From positions 124,001 through 188,000 of the forward strand of contig JAQGDQ010000103.1 of the NCBI GenBank assembly GCA_030141605.1: DNA of 64,000 nt. Reading direction: 5' to 3'. The stretch is from Tubiluchus corallicola (Eukaryota; Animalia; Priapulida). Each line of letters starts with the position of its first letter. The first letter of the stretch is position 1. Made by a program: the position numbers and the translations under genes. Below, piece by piece: positions 12,160 through 22,263 of the stretch. The notes beneath the pieces were generated by a model. It did no database searches. It was not told where the DNA came from and saw nothing but the letters and a program-made list of their open reading frames with translations.

Positions 12160-13476
12160 ATTTATTGACCAAAATTTTCTCAAATATACAATATATTAGC
12201 GGAGTAACAACCAGCAAGAAAACAAATTTTAGTCCAAAATTATATTGTTTGCGGGTACAGCGACATAGATCCAAAAACAAAAACGCATCAGGCAAAAAAA
12301 TGTTACGGTAATTATTTCTAACTTGTTCCGTTAGTGGGCATTCACTAATAATATGGATTTTTGTTTGTATTGCATCACAGACACACAATCTAAGCTATCT
12401 AGGTTCTCTTCTCCACCGTCCTGTTTCTATTCGAAGGTTATGCGATTGCAGACGAAGCTTTGTAAAAGTAATACGATGTCGTTCAAGAGTTCCGTAAGGA
12501 ATTGTGGGAGTCCTTAATTCTGGGTTCAGCAATCTATATGTCACGCGCTTAGTGGAATCACTTCTTTCTATAGATGCATTCAACTCTTGCTTATTCGTTT
12601 CTTGAAAAATAGCTTTGTTGCTCGGTAATTCATCTAAACACTTCCTAAAACTTTTCGTTAACAGCTCTGTTAATATTCAATGCAGTCATTAGAGGCTTAT
12701 GTTTCTCCGGTTCAGAAAACAGTTTAGACCACATATTAATCTGGCGTGCTCTTAGCCACACCTTAAATGAAGGATATCCACTTTCTATTTGGACTAGTTC
12801 GTTGCTCGCGCTTGCTCTCACTGACAAAAGAGACTTTAACAGTTCTAGATACGTTGACTCTGCATTACTGCACATAGATATACATAATAGTAAGTGTGCT
12901 TCACAGCTAATCAATCGACAACAAGCAGTTCTCAATCCTGATTACTGCCGTTAACAACCATAAACTACTCAGTCTTGGTTTTGTTTATATCCATGCCGAA
13001 TTCAGTACAAAAATCCAACAAGACACACAATTTATCCAAACATTGTTGACGAGAAGTTGCCATAATAGCTGTATCGCCTATAAAGAATAATCCATGTAGG
13101 TTTTCTAGCCAACTATTCGGTCCTGAATCCGTCAGAGCACACACTGCGCTCCAGCTTGTTCAGGCTCAGGGGTGATCCATCGCTTGAAACGATTGTTAAT
13201 AATTGCATCAAACAGTTTGCAAAGGCTATGTACAATACTAATGCCCTTATAGTTACTACATTCAGATTTTAAACAATACAACAAGTTTAGCTGAACTCCA
13301 CTGCACAGGAAAAGGATCTTGCAAAAACACTGTATTTAAAATTAGCGTCAACACAGTCAACCAATAGAGCACGTGTTTAAACTTGCGTGGAAATAACAGT
13401 TAAATATAAACTGCTGTACAAGCATCACGCATTATGGATCACGCATCACGCATTACGCGCACTTGGAGTCGTACTT
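11982..13476. mobile_element. PIF/Harbinger-like MITE (about 30-bp TIR, TTA TSD, subterminal CGCATTA repeats), split by the LINE
   Basis: Left AGCTATGACTTCATGTGCGCGTAATGCG and right CGCATTACGCGCACTTGGAGTCGTACTT are imperfect inverted repeats. TTA at 11979-11981 and at 13477-13479. Confidence 0.8.
12098..13415 (-). mobile_element. Internally deleted LINE (RT fragments and C-terminal end) with (ACT)n tail
   Basis: Minus strand reads FPVQWSSAKLVVLFK, NYKGISIVHSLCKLF, LHGLFFIGDTA, FTKLRLQSHNLRIETGRW and C-x-C...HIISECP. The tail appears as (AGT)n at 12098-12158 on +. Confidence 0.85.
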
Positions 13477-13789
13477 TTATCGTTAAAATCAGCTGAGCCT
13501 AACGGTTATCGAGGAAGTTTAAATTTACAAGTTTTATTCAGCGTTACTGTTAGGGTAAGCTGTGCACAGTACGGTAGTATGTAAGTGACACAAATTTGAA
13601 ACCTGAGCCCCTTGACCCTAGCAGGTGGATTATATTTTGTACCGCTAAAAAAACTTAATTTGAAACTTTCGGCAATGAGACTTTCGCGAATGTTAACTTC
13701 TTGAACGGAAGACTTCATAAAAATCCTCGTCTGAAGTCCTACTTTTTAAAAACAATTTCAAGGCTGAAACTTTGCACTGATTACATAAT

Positions 13790-14127
13790 GGAAAATATCA
13801 AAAATTAAGTGTATCAGACAACGCCTTGCAGCCATTGCTATTATGATAGTAACCGTTTTAACAGCCAGCTAGAACCATACCTAGTTCATTTTTTCTTGTT
13901 CTCAAGCAAGCAAGATGCTGCTAGTAAATCACTCTACGCATAGGCTAATGCATAATTAAGTAAACTCCACACATAACAACTGAAAATACTGAACTAAAGC
14001 AGCAGACGGCTTTGCTTTACATACATTTCACGTGACGCATGTAGTTAAGACGCGTTGCTGTGGTATACTTAACCTTTGACCTTCGGCAACTGCTCGTGCA
14101 CATAGCAAAACTGTGAAAAGATTTATT
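13790..14127 (-). mobile_element. MITE family A copy, left end degenerate
   Basis: Internal CAGCTAGAACC.TACCTAGTTCATTTTTTCTTG core and terminal AACTGTGAAAAGATTTATT. Confidence 0.75.
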
Positions 14128-14472
14128 CTTTTGCTTCGGCTTGCACCTATTGAACAAACGAAGTAGAACATTTTAACAAGGACGTCAGATACTATAGAAA
14201 TATCGTTCGGGGAAATTAGCACTGATGAAACTAGACATGATGCGCGCTCTAGGGACAACACATATTATGACATAAAATAGGAAGTAATAAAAGGTTTATA
14301 AAGGTGGGAAAATCCAAAAATCTAAATCAATGTGGGCAGTTACAGTACGTGGCTTTAAAAAATCATGTAGTCGTTTATACGTTTGTTAGGCAGCATAACT
14401 TCTCCAACTGTTCTGACGTCATCTGAGTTATGACGCACATGCTTTTGTAATAAGTAATAAACATGCTTTTAT

Positions 14473-14605
14473 AATAAGCCTTTTCACAGTTTCGTTGTGC
14501 GCACGCGCATTTGCTGCAAGTGTACACAAATGCGTTGTTTGGTACACGTAACCTCTGACCTTTTCTTGATCATCATCAATCGTTGGAATTGTAAAAATGC
14601 TTGTT
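14473..14605 (+). mobile_element. MITE family A, short deletion derivative (about 130 bp)
   Basis: Both TIRs present, centre missing. Confidence 0.75.
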
Positions 14606-14699
14606 CTGTTATGCTCTATTGTGACCTATAGTCACACAGAATTTTGCCATCCAAATTTATAATTAAGTCAGTCATTAGCAAAATTGCAAGCTTTTGTCT

Positions 14700-14945
14700 T
14701 AGTGTCGTTTCTCATCCCAATGTTCGCATACGCCAATGTGCTTGACGCGCAGCGAAGATGCCTACCATTGCACAAACTGTGGTTAGTTTGTGATGTAAGT
14801 GATAGCTGTGTTTGGTTGCTGTTAATTAGCTTTCCAAGTTAATTATTCAAATATTAGAAACAATTGCTAACTTTAGACAAGAAAATGCATATTTTGGACA
14901 CTAAATTAAAATGAGAATGAGTCTAGTCAATTACCCGGTTTCCCT
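14700..14945. mobile_element. Terminal part of another TTAA-ended element, with an inverted copy at about 27590-27830
   Basis: GTGCTTGACGCGCAG.GAAGATGCCTACCATTGC...TTTTGGACACTAAATTAAAATGAG matches 27615-27810 as reverse complement. Ends GGTTTCCCT|TTAA. Confidence 0.7.
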
Positions 14946-15411
14946 TTAACTAATTTACAAGTTTACTTTTGCGGAGATAAAAATATGACTTCCCTTTTCT
15001 TTATACTGCTCTGGTGCTAGTTAAATTTAAAGCAGATAGCTTTTATGAGACTATAAAGTATAAACGAACAAAACTATAAATAAATTTAGGAACTATGAAT
15101 AAAATATAAATAATGTGAGCACATCGAACATTAAAGATTAAGTATCAGCTATTACGAAGTTTTAACTATTTATGCTAATTAGAATTGCATAACAATGGCT
15201 TTCGACTTTTACCACGCACGTGACACAGACAATTTTATAATAAACTTAAATTTCTATTTTCAGAAATTCGTTATTACGATTCTCACTATTAAATTTAAGC
15301 ATTTCTCTGTAATATTATCATTGGGTTTCTCACTAGCACCCTCACTATGTTCCCTTTAGTCACACCAAAAATGAATACTACGAATAAACCGTTGACAATT
15401 ACGAACTAGGG

Positions 15412-15539
15412 ATAATGATGATGATGATGATGATGACGACGATGAATATAATGACGAGTCTCTCTCTCTCTCTCTCACACCCACACCAACACGCACACGC
15501 ACACGCACACGCACACGCACACGCACACGCACACGCACG

Positions 15540-15580
<41 letters not shown>

Positions 15581-15610
15581 ACACACCCAACCACCAACCC
15601 ACCCACGCAC
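15412..15610. repeat. Compound microsatellite (GAT)n-(CT)n-(CACACG)n-(CA)n
   Basis: Direct reading. Confidence 0.95.
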
Positions 15611-15777
15611 CTTCGAAAGTTTAGTCCCTTTTCTTGGCTTACAGTGTGATAATAAATGTTCAACTGCTTGCTGTTTCATCATGCCACAGACACAAAGTGC
15701 ACTGTTCACATACTCAGTCTGAACAAATTGTCACTATCCCCTGTCCTCTTAAAAAATTAATAGCGAGCCGATGTTTC

Positions 15778-16190
15778 AATAAGTCTTTTCACAGTTGCGT
15801 AGTGCGCACGCGCAGCTGCTACAGGGCAAAGGTTTAATGTATCGCAGCAGCGCGTCTTAATTACAATCGTCAGGTGACGCATGGGTAAAGCAAAGCCGTC
15901 TGTCGCCTCAGTTCACTAAACTTCAGTTGTTTTTTGCGTGAACTTTACTTAATTATGCACTAGTCTGCACGTAGAGTGATTTACTGGCAGGATTTTGCTT
16001 GGAAACAAGAAAAATGAATTAGGTAAGGTGCTAGCCAGCTCTAAAAACTGTTAATGTTACAATAGCTTGGGCTACGAGGCGTCGTCAAGTGTACACTAAT
16101 GCGATTGCTCACTAGTCCGTTGCCTGGTACAATTAACCTTTGACCTTTTCACGATCATCATCAATCGCTGGAACTGTGAAAAGGCTTAGT
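15778..16190 (+). mobile_element. MITE family A, near full-length copy
   Basis: TIRs AATAAGTCTTTTCACAGTT and AACTGTGAAAAGGCTTAGT, with the shared core. Confidence 0.85.
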
Positions 16191-16451
16191 AGCGAAGATT
16201 CAGATCAAGTGTTGCAATTACACAAGATATCAACGAATCATTTGTTGCTTGATTACCAGCTGTTGCCGAGAGGTTTTGAGACCATCTTCTATAAGTAGTG
16301 ATAAAAAACGCTTAATGTTTATATACCGAGTGACTTTGGTTGAGCAAAGGACTGCAGGTTAAGCTACCCCAGATCAGACCCTTGCATGCCAGCACTGCAA
16401 CGGACGGACCTTTTCCAGTTGAAACAATATTGTTTTCTTAAAAAATGAACT

Positions 16452-16809
16452 AATAAGCCTTTTCGTAGATCCAGCATTGGCAATGATTGCGAAATGTCAA
16501 AAGTTGAGTGTATCAGACAACGCATTTGCGTACACTTGACAACGCCTTGCAGCCCATGCAATTGTAATAGTAACAGTTTTAACATTTAGCTAGAACCTTA
16601 CCTAGTTCATTTTTTCTTGTTTCCGAGCAAGATCCTGCTAATAAATTACTCTACGCACATACTAATGCATAATTATGTTCACATAAAACGATTGATATGG
16701 AAGACGGCTTTGCTTGACAGTAGTTGTTAAAATGCGTTGCTCTGGTACACTTAACCTTTGATCCATAGCAACTGTGCGTGCGCACAACGAGACAGTGAAA
16801 AAGCTTATT
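16452..16809 (-). mobile_element. MITE family A copy, opposite orientation to 15778-16190
   Basis: TIRs present, core is the reverse complement. Confidence 0.8.
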
Positions 16810-16877
16810 TTGGAATTGTAATAATTCATATACAAAACTGAATTAAACGATATTCCCCATGCTGAAACAGTTATATT

Positions 16878-17062
16878 ATTTGAAACAAATAAAGCTAGGT
16901 TTGGAAAGCTGACGTTTGAAACAAATAAAGCTAGGTTTAGATTGCTGACATTGTTTGAAACAAATGGAGCTAGGTTTGGAATGCTGTCTTTGTTTGAAAC
17001 AAATAAAGCTAGGTTTGGAATGTTGACGTTGTTCGAAACAAATAAAAGCAGGTTTGGAATGG
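16878..17062. repeat. About 39-bp minisatellite, 5 copies, directly upstream of the PLCXD ORF
   Basis: TTTGAAACAAATAAAGCTAGGTTTGGAATGCTGAC.TTG units. Confidence 0.9.
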
Positions 17063-17195
17063 TGATATTTCACGCATTTTGTGTATCCTTTGAAGTCAAC
17101 TTTAAAAGAGCATATGATACGCCTGTACTCTGAGCACATGATAAAGAACATAAAATACATGTTGCATTGTTTGAAATATAATAAGTAGGCAAGTA

Positions 17196-17451
17196 ATGCT
17201 TTACATACTTTTTCACCAGCTCGTAACGCTTACGACTATTTTATCAGATTATACAGTTGTTGGGTTACAGTGTCTGAAACCGACAACCCAGGAACGATAT
17301 GACTACTGGAAATTTCTGCACGAGCTTCATTATGGCCAAACAGGTATTAATTGGCACGGACCAAAAAAGATGTTGGATCGTGAGAATTGGATGGCACAGC
17401 TGCCAGAGAAAGCGAGAAGGACAGTGCCGTTAGTAGGACTTGCAATTCCAG
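17196..17451 (+). CDS. PLCXD: PLCXD-family (PI-PLC X domain-containing protein) coding exon 1; 5' boundary uncertain (ATG 17196, or acceptors at 17218-17219 / 17246-17247)
   Basis: Translates ...ENWMAQLPEKARRTVPLVGLAIPG, matching the PLCXD N-terminal WM..LP....PL..LAIPG motif. Ends at donor CCAG|GTGGGT (phase 1). Confidence 0.88.
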
Positions 17452-18228
17452 GTGGGTCAAACATGCACCCTAGTTCAGTTTTTTGGGTACTGTATGACAG
17501 AATGCCAATGAGGGGCGCGTCAAAAAGGTGCATCTGATTCTGCCATTTGAGTTCAATTTAGTTTCCATGGTCCTTTTGTCCCATAATTTTTCCGGGCCAC
17601 ATTAGGAGCCTCAAGAGGTCCTAAGATTAAAAGATTGAAGTACGCCATGTATCTGATAATCAGAATAAAAACAATACTAAACTGCAAAATGAAATTTTAT
17701 CTTTTGAAACGAAAGATAAAGTTTTATCTTTAAAAAATGAAAAAAATTGCAGTGAGGCGTATTTAAAGTCAAAAGCAACATTATCCTGTTTTCAGTATCA
17801 CCACACATTTATTAGCATTGTCACACTTGAAATATATTATGACACATCAATCAACGTCATCATATGGGCAGTGAGCAGCTCAGGCCGCTCAGTAGCCAGA
17901 ATATCGATGCTAATCTATATTGTCACACTGCAAACAAATGCAGAAACATCTAACTGAAGTATAGATGTGGACATAAACATACACAGATATAAAAAATGGT
18001 GGTTTCATCCACGTTTGATCGCAATATTATGGTAAATAATACTTTTTACAAAACTGTCACTGCCTTAACTACATCGTTATTATAATCACTAAGCTGATAC
18101 CAACGACTTCGTAACTTTGTGACGGCTTTGTGGAACTGGATCCAGGTCATAAAAAACTTTTTTATTTTTATTCTCTTGCTACATTACAACACTACTTTGC
18201 GGGTTTTTTAAAACACGCTAAAATCTAA

Positions 18229-18751
18229 TGGCGTGCTCAGACGTAAAGATTTCTCTCGCAACTTCTTGCGCAACCTCTCTGAGAGTAAAGCCGCGCGCGT
18301 AAACGGTTTGGTAACTTCTCTGGCAACTTATTGCAAACGCAGCGACAGTCGCTGAAAGTTAACTTGCGCAATAAGATACAAGATAAGTTGCCAAGCCGTT
18401 ACACGGGCGACTTTACTCTCCGAGAGAAGTCGCGCAACAAGTTGCGAGAGAAGTCCCTGCTTCTGAACGCGCTATAAGAGCGCGTTCTGAATAGCAAGTT
18501 TTCTCTCTGACTGTTAACCACAAGTGCGAAATGGTTTGCGAGCTACTGTCTGCAACAAATTGTAAATTCCTCCGTAATATATACAAATTGTATATAAATA
18601 CGGTTATATAGTGCAGATGCTGCGAGTTGATTTACTGAGAGTTATTATCTCGTGTGAACACCTCGATTAGTTAAAAGCAGCACATTTTGCTTTCCAGTCT
18701 GAACAGGCTTGCGAATTACTTGGCAAGAAAACACGCTAACCTAATGCACTA
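18229..18751. mobile_element. Two abutting family E-like MITEs (18229-18474 and 18478-18751) in PLCXD intron 1
   Basis: TAA|TGGCGTGCTCAG...CTGAACGCGCTA|TAA|GAGCGCGTTCTG...AATGCACTA|TAA. Confidence 0.7.
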
Positions 18752-18979
18752 TAATTTTGTGTTAAGCCTTTATGTTTTTAGCTAAATGTACTATATAACC
18801 GATAGTACGATAGCTATGTATACCAAACTTATAATAAAAACCGAATCTTAGCTAAGAACTATTTTGTTGGACTACTTTCGTTAAGTATAAATCATGAGTA
18901 TATGACTTTGAACATGTTTGGAAAAACCAGACAGCGCTTTCACCTAAGCAACTACTTAAATTAGAAGAAAAAATAAAAA

Positions 18980-19480
18980 TTGATTATATCCTATTTTGGG
19001 ATGAAGAAATCTATAATGATAACATACCTGATGGAAAAAACAAACTGCGAACCTTCAAAAACAACTCCAGCTAGACTATTTACTTCCTGGTTATTCCGAA
19101 TATGCTATAACAAAATTTACAAAACTGAGAATCAGCTCTCATACTTGTATATTGAAAGAGGGACGTACGTTAAACCTAGAAAAATGCCAGCTGAGAATCG
19201 TATATGCTCATATGGTTTAAGAAATGATATCAAAGACGAATTACACTTTGTTATAAAATGCTCATATTACAATGATTTTAGAGGAAAATTACATAATCAC
19301 ATCAAAGCAATTATACAGAATTTTTTCTTATGAGCGATGCTGATAAATTTTTATTCTTGATTGGAAATAATGATTTAGAAGTAATTAAGGCATTTACTGA
19401 TGTGTTGAAAAAGCGTTTTTAAGACATGATGAACAACATACTATGTAATCATCATATCATTGGAAATGAGGCCTAATGAA
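18980..19480 (+). mobile_element. LINE 3' fragment in PLCXD intron 1 (same family as 35225-35590)
   Basis: LYIERGTYVKPRK..ENRIC...IKDELHFVIKCSYYNDFRGKL. Near-identical text recurs at about 35245-35545. Confidence 0.8.
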
Positions 19481-19599
19481 AGGCAATTTATTTTAAACAC
19501 TAATCATTAAATTTTTCATTAAATGACTAAATAACTAACAGGAAGATTTAATAATATTTGTTTTATTAGTAATTGTTTTGTTTGTATATGGTGTCATCA

Positions 19600-19985
19600 T
19601 ATTTCAAAATTGAAATTGTATATATATATATGTCTTGTTTTTTGTATATTTCAATATTGGAATTGTATGTATGTCTTGTATATATTTTTGACACTAATAA
19701 ATAAATAAATAATACAATGCTGCTTTTATCAATAATTGTTTGTTTGTCTGCAGTGTCGCAATATTTCAAAGTTGAAATTGTCTATATATTTCTTGTTTTT
19801 TTGTATATTTCAAAATTAGAATTGTATGTATGTCTTGTATATATTTTTGACACTAATAAATAAATAAATAATACAATGCTTCTTTTATCAATAATTGTTT
19901 GTTTATCTGCAGTGTCGCAATATTTCAAAGTTGAAATTGTGTATGTCTTGTTTTTTCTTGTATAATATGTATTTTGACACGGATA
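19600..19985. repeat. 159-bp tandem duplication (about 2.4 copies) at the end of PLCXD intron 1
   Basis: GACACTAATAAA at 19690 and 19849. CTGCAGTGTCGC at 19748 and 19907. Confidence 0.9.
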
Positions 19986-20031
19986 AGTAAATATAAACGT
20001 AAGTGTAAATATAACCAGCGTATTTCTTTAG

Positions 20032-20150
20032 GGGCTCACAATGCTTTCAGCTTTGATTTATCTCAAACTCCTTGTGCAGTCCAAGAGGAAGAGGGTGGAC
20101 CATCAAAAGAGGCGTTTTTCAAGTTGCTTGACAAATTTGGTTTTACTTGG
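20032..20150 (+). CDS. PLCXD: PLCXD-family coding exon 2
   Basis: Acceptor TTTCTTTAG|GG completes the Gly codon, then AHNAFSFDLSQTPCAVQEEEGGPSKEAFFKLLDKFGFTW (IPG-S/A-H motif with the first catalytic His). Donor TGG|GTATGA, phase 0. Exons 1+2 = 256+119 = 375 nt, in frame. Confidence 0.9.
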
Positions 20151-20213
20151 GTATGAATAGGATTATGGTTTGTGTTGTCAGGTTACTACTTTAACATACT
20201 GTACTAGTGAATT

Positions 20214-20590
20214 AGTAAGCCGTTTCACAGTTTTGTTGTGCGCATGCGCAGTTGCTTTTGGTCAAAGGTTAACTGTTAACTGTACCACAGCAACGCGTTT
20301 TAACTGCAACGTCACGTGACACGCCTGGCCACGTGAGTTTAGTAAGTCAATTGTTTTGTGTGGACTTTGCTTAACTATACATTAGTCTGTACATAAAGTA
20401 ATTAGCTAGCATGATCTTGCTTGGGAACAAGAAAAAATGAACTAGATAAGGTTCTAGCTAGGTGTTAATACCATTACAATTACAATATCACGGGCTGCGA
20501 GGTGTTATCAAGTGTACGCAAATGCGGTTCATTTAGCCTATGACTTTTTCACGATCATCATCAATCGGTGGAACTGTGAGAAGGCTTATT
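20214..20590 (+). mobile_element. MITE family A copy in PLCXD intron 2
   Basis: TIRs AGTAAGCCGTTTCACAGTT and AACTGTGAGAAGGCTTATT, with the shared core. Confidence 0.85.
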
Positions 20591-20860
20591 AATTGTAACA
20601 TACTAATTAATCAATTATTATACGTCATAGTCAAAGACGTCAAAGTTTGTTACAGTTATAATTTGTATTGTTTTTTGTTGTTATTTGCTCATTGTAGTTG
20701 TGATTGTTGTTGTCGTTGTAGTTTTTGTTGCCACTGCTGATGGCGGCGGTGGCGCTAACTCGAAAAAGTTTTTGCTGACGCAGAACAATATTAAATATTT
20801 AAAATCTGAAGTATCAATGTTATTAAACAATTTAAGTTCACATACTATGGTAAATTAAAT

Positions 20861-21175
20861 GTATTCATTCAGTATAAGTCACGTTAGTGCAAAGTACTGA
20901 CATAGTACGCCCCCTCTAATCTACTATATTAATTTTGCCTTCAACCAAATTTAGAATATTTTATGACTCGCCATGCAGCAATGATTTTACTTGCTGAAGG
21001 GTGGATTGATGTGTTTTTTGTGATTCATCCAGTTATCCTTCAGCAGGTACAAATCGTTGCTGCATGGCGTGTCACGAAAATATAGTACATTTGGATGAAG
21101 ACAAAATTAATGCAGTAGGTTAGAGGCGTACTATGTCAGTACTTTGCACTGACGTGACTTATACTGAATTAATAC
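20861..21175. mobile_element. Fold-back (palindromic) MITE with arms of about 150 bp
   Basis: CAGTATAAGTCACGTTAGTGCAAAGTACTGACATAGTACGCC is mirrored by GGCGTACTATGTCAGTACTTTGCACTGACGTGACTTATACTG. Complementarity continues inward almost to the centre. Confidence 0.85.
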
Positions 21176-21246
21176 TTATAATTTCACAACTAAATTTAAA
21201 TTTAAATGTTCCTAGTTAAAAATTTTGTGTGTTTTTTTAAATAATA

Positions 21247-21393
21247 GGAAGGAGTTTACAATTTCTCACACATTTTAATACCCTTACCCTAATCATAACA
21301 TTTAGCCCAATCCAACCCTAACCCTAACCCTTATCCTAATCCTAGTCCGCTTCACAAACAAATTTCTTGTGTGTGGGGAATTGTAAACTTTAG
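21247..21393 (-). mobile_element. Family D TTAGGG-core element in PLCXD intron 2
   Basis: GGAAGGAGTTTACAATT...(CCCTAA)-like core...GGGGAATTGTAAACTTTAG. Confidence 0.8.
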
Positions 21394-21465
21394 ATAAATA
21401 GTTATATATAAATGCAACATTTTCATTTTTTGGAGCTGGCTAATTCAGACTGTAAAATTTCGTAG

Positions 21466-22227
21466 GTTACAAAGCACTGGTGTCAATGTCAGAGCTTGAC
21501 ACCTCGACAGCAACTCGAATACGGGATACGCTACTTTGACGTAAGAATTTGTGGACACTATAATCCTGACAGGCGCACTATTAATGACATCTACACAAGT
21601 CATGGGCTTTTAGGACACCCAATTTCTGCGATATTAAAGGAGATTAACAGTTTTTTGAATTATCACCCGAAAGAGGTCGTGTTGATTGACTTTCACAAAA
21701 CTCATAATGTGGAGCGCAATGATCACTTGAATTTGTGTAAATTGATTATTGATACGTTCGGTAAGAAACTATCTAGTGAAACTGCCACCGAAGACCATTG
21801 TCGCATGCATTTGTGTACCCTTGACAACCTGGAAGAAATGGGCGAGCAAGTGATTGTCTTTTACAACGGCTTTCGTTGTTCTCGTAAGAAAGTTCTAAGA
21901 AAAAGCAAAATTAATACAAGCGATTGGTCACAAGCTGAAAATTGTCCCGATCTCATAAGGTTCTTGGAAAAACGTTATACAAGGCATCGTAATCCACAGA
22001 GGTTCCACGTTACTCAGGGTACTATATCCGCGACTGACTCCCTTATAACGAAGAGGCTACTTACAGGAGGTATTGAAACACTTGCTAAAAACGTTAACCT
22101 GATTGTTCAGCAGTATCTGTTTAACAAGACAGCTGGTCCAGACGGCGTCAATATAGTGATGGTTGATTTTGTTCAAATTGACTACGTAGTTGAAGCCATA
22201 ATATATCTGAATTATAAGTGTCTGTGA
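21466..22227 (+). CDS. PLCXD: PLCXD-family last coding exon
   Basis: Acceptor TTTCGTAG|GTT, phase 0. Reads VTKHWCQCQSLTPRQQLEYGIRYFDVR...YTSHGLLG...FLNYHPKEVVLIDFH...FHVTQG...GVNIVMVDFV...AIIYLN, the hallmark PI-PLC X-domain/PLCXD motifs. Stop TGA at 22225-22227. Confidence 0.95.
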   Translation, partial: VTKHWCQCQSLTPRQQLEYGIRYFDVRICGHYNPDRRTINDIYTSHGLLGHPISAILKEINSFLNYHPKEVVLIDFHKTHNVERNDHLNLCKLIIDTFGKKLSSETATEDHCRMHLCTLDNLEEMGEQVIVFYNGFRCSRKKVLRKSKINTSDWSQAENCPDLIRFLEKRYTRHRNPQRFHVTQGTISATDSLITKRLLTGGIETLAKNVNLIVQQYLFNKTAGPDGVNIVMVDFVQIDYVVEAIIYLNYKCL

Positions 22228-22263
22228 TGTCATTGAAATAAGGAAGAGTTGGGTGAATAGCTT

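Noticed and set aside
14755-14800. ATG...GTAAGT as PLCXD first exon
   Set aside because: The frame hits TGA before the donor, and the segment belongs to a dispersed repeat with an inverted copy at about 27615-27810.
17452-17537. Continuation of ORF 17196-17537 past LAIPG
   Set aside because: Homology stops at the donor site and the conserved motif continues in exon 20032-20150.
21496-21498. TTG start for a stand-alone 243-aa bacterial-type PI-PLC
   Set aside because: The frame extends to a splice acceptor at 21465, and upstream exons supply the N-terminal catalytic His.
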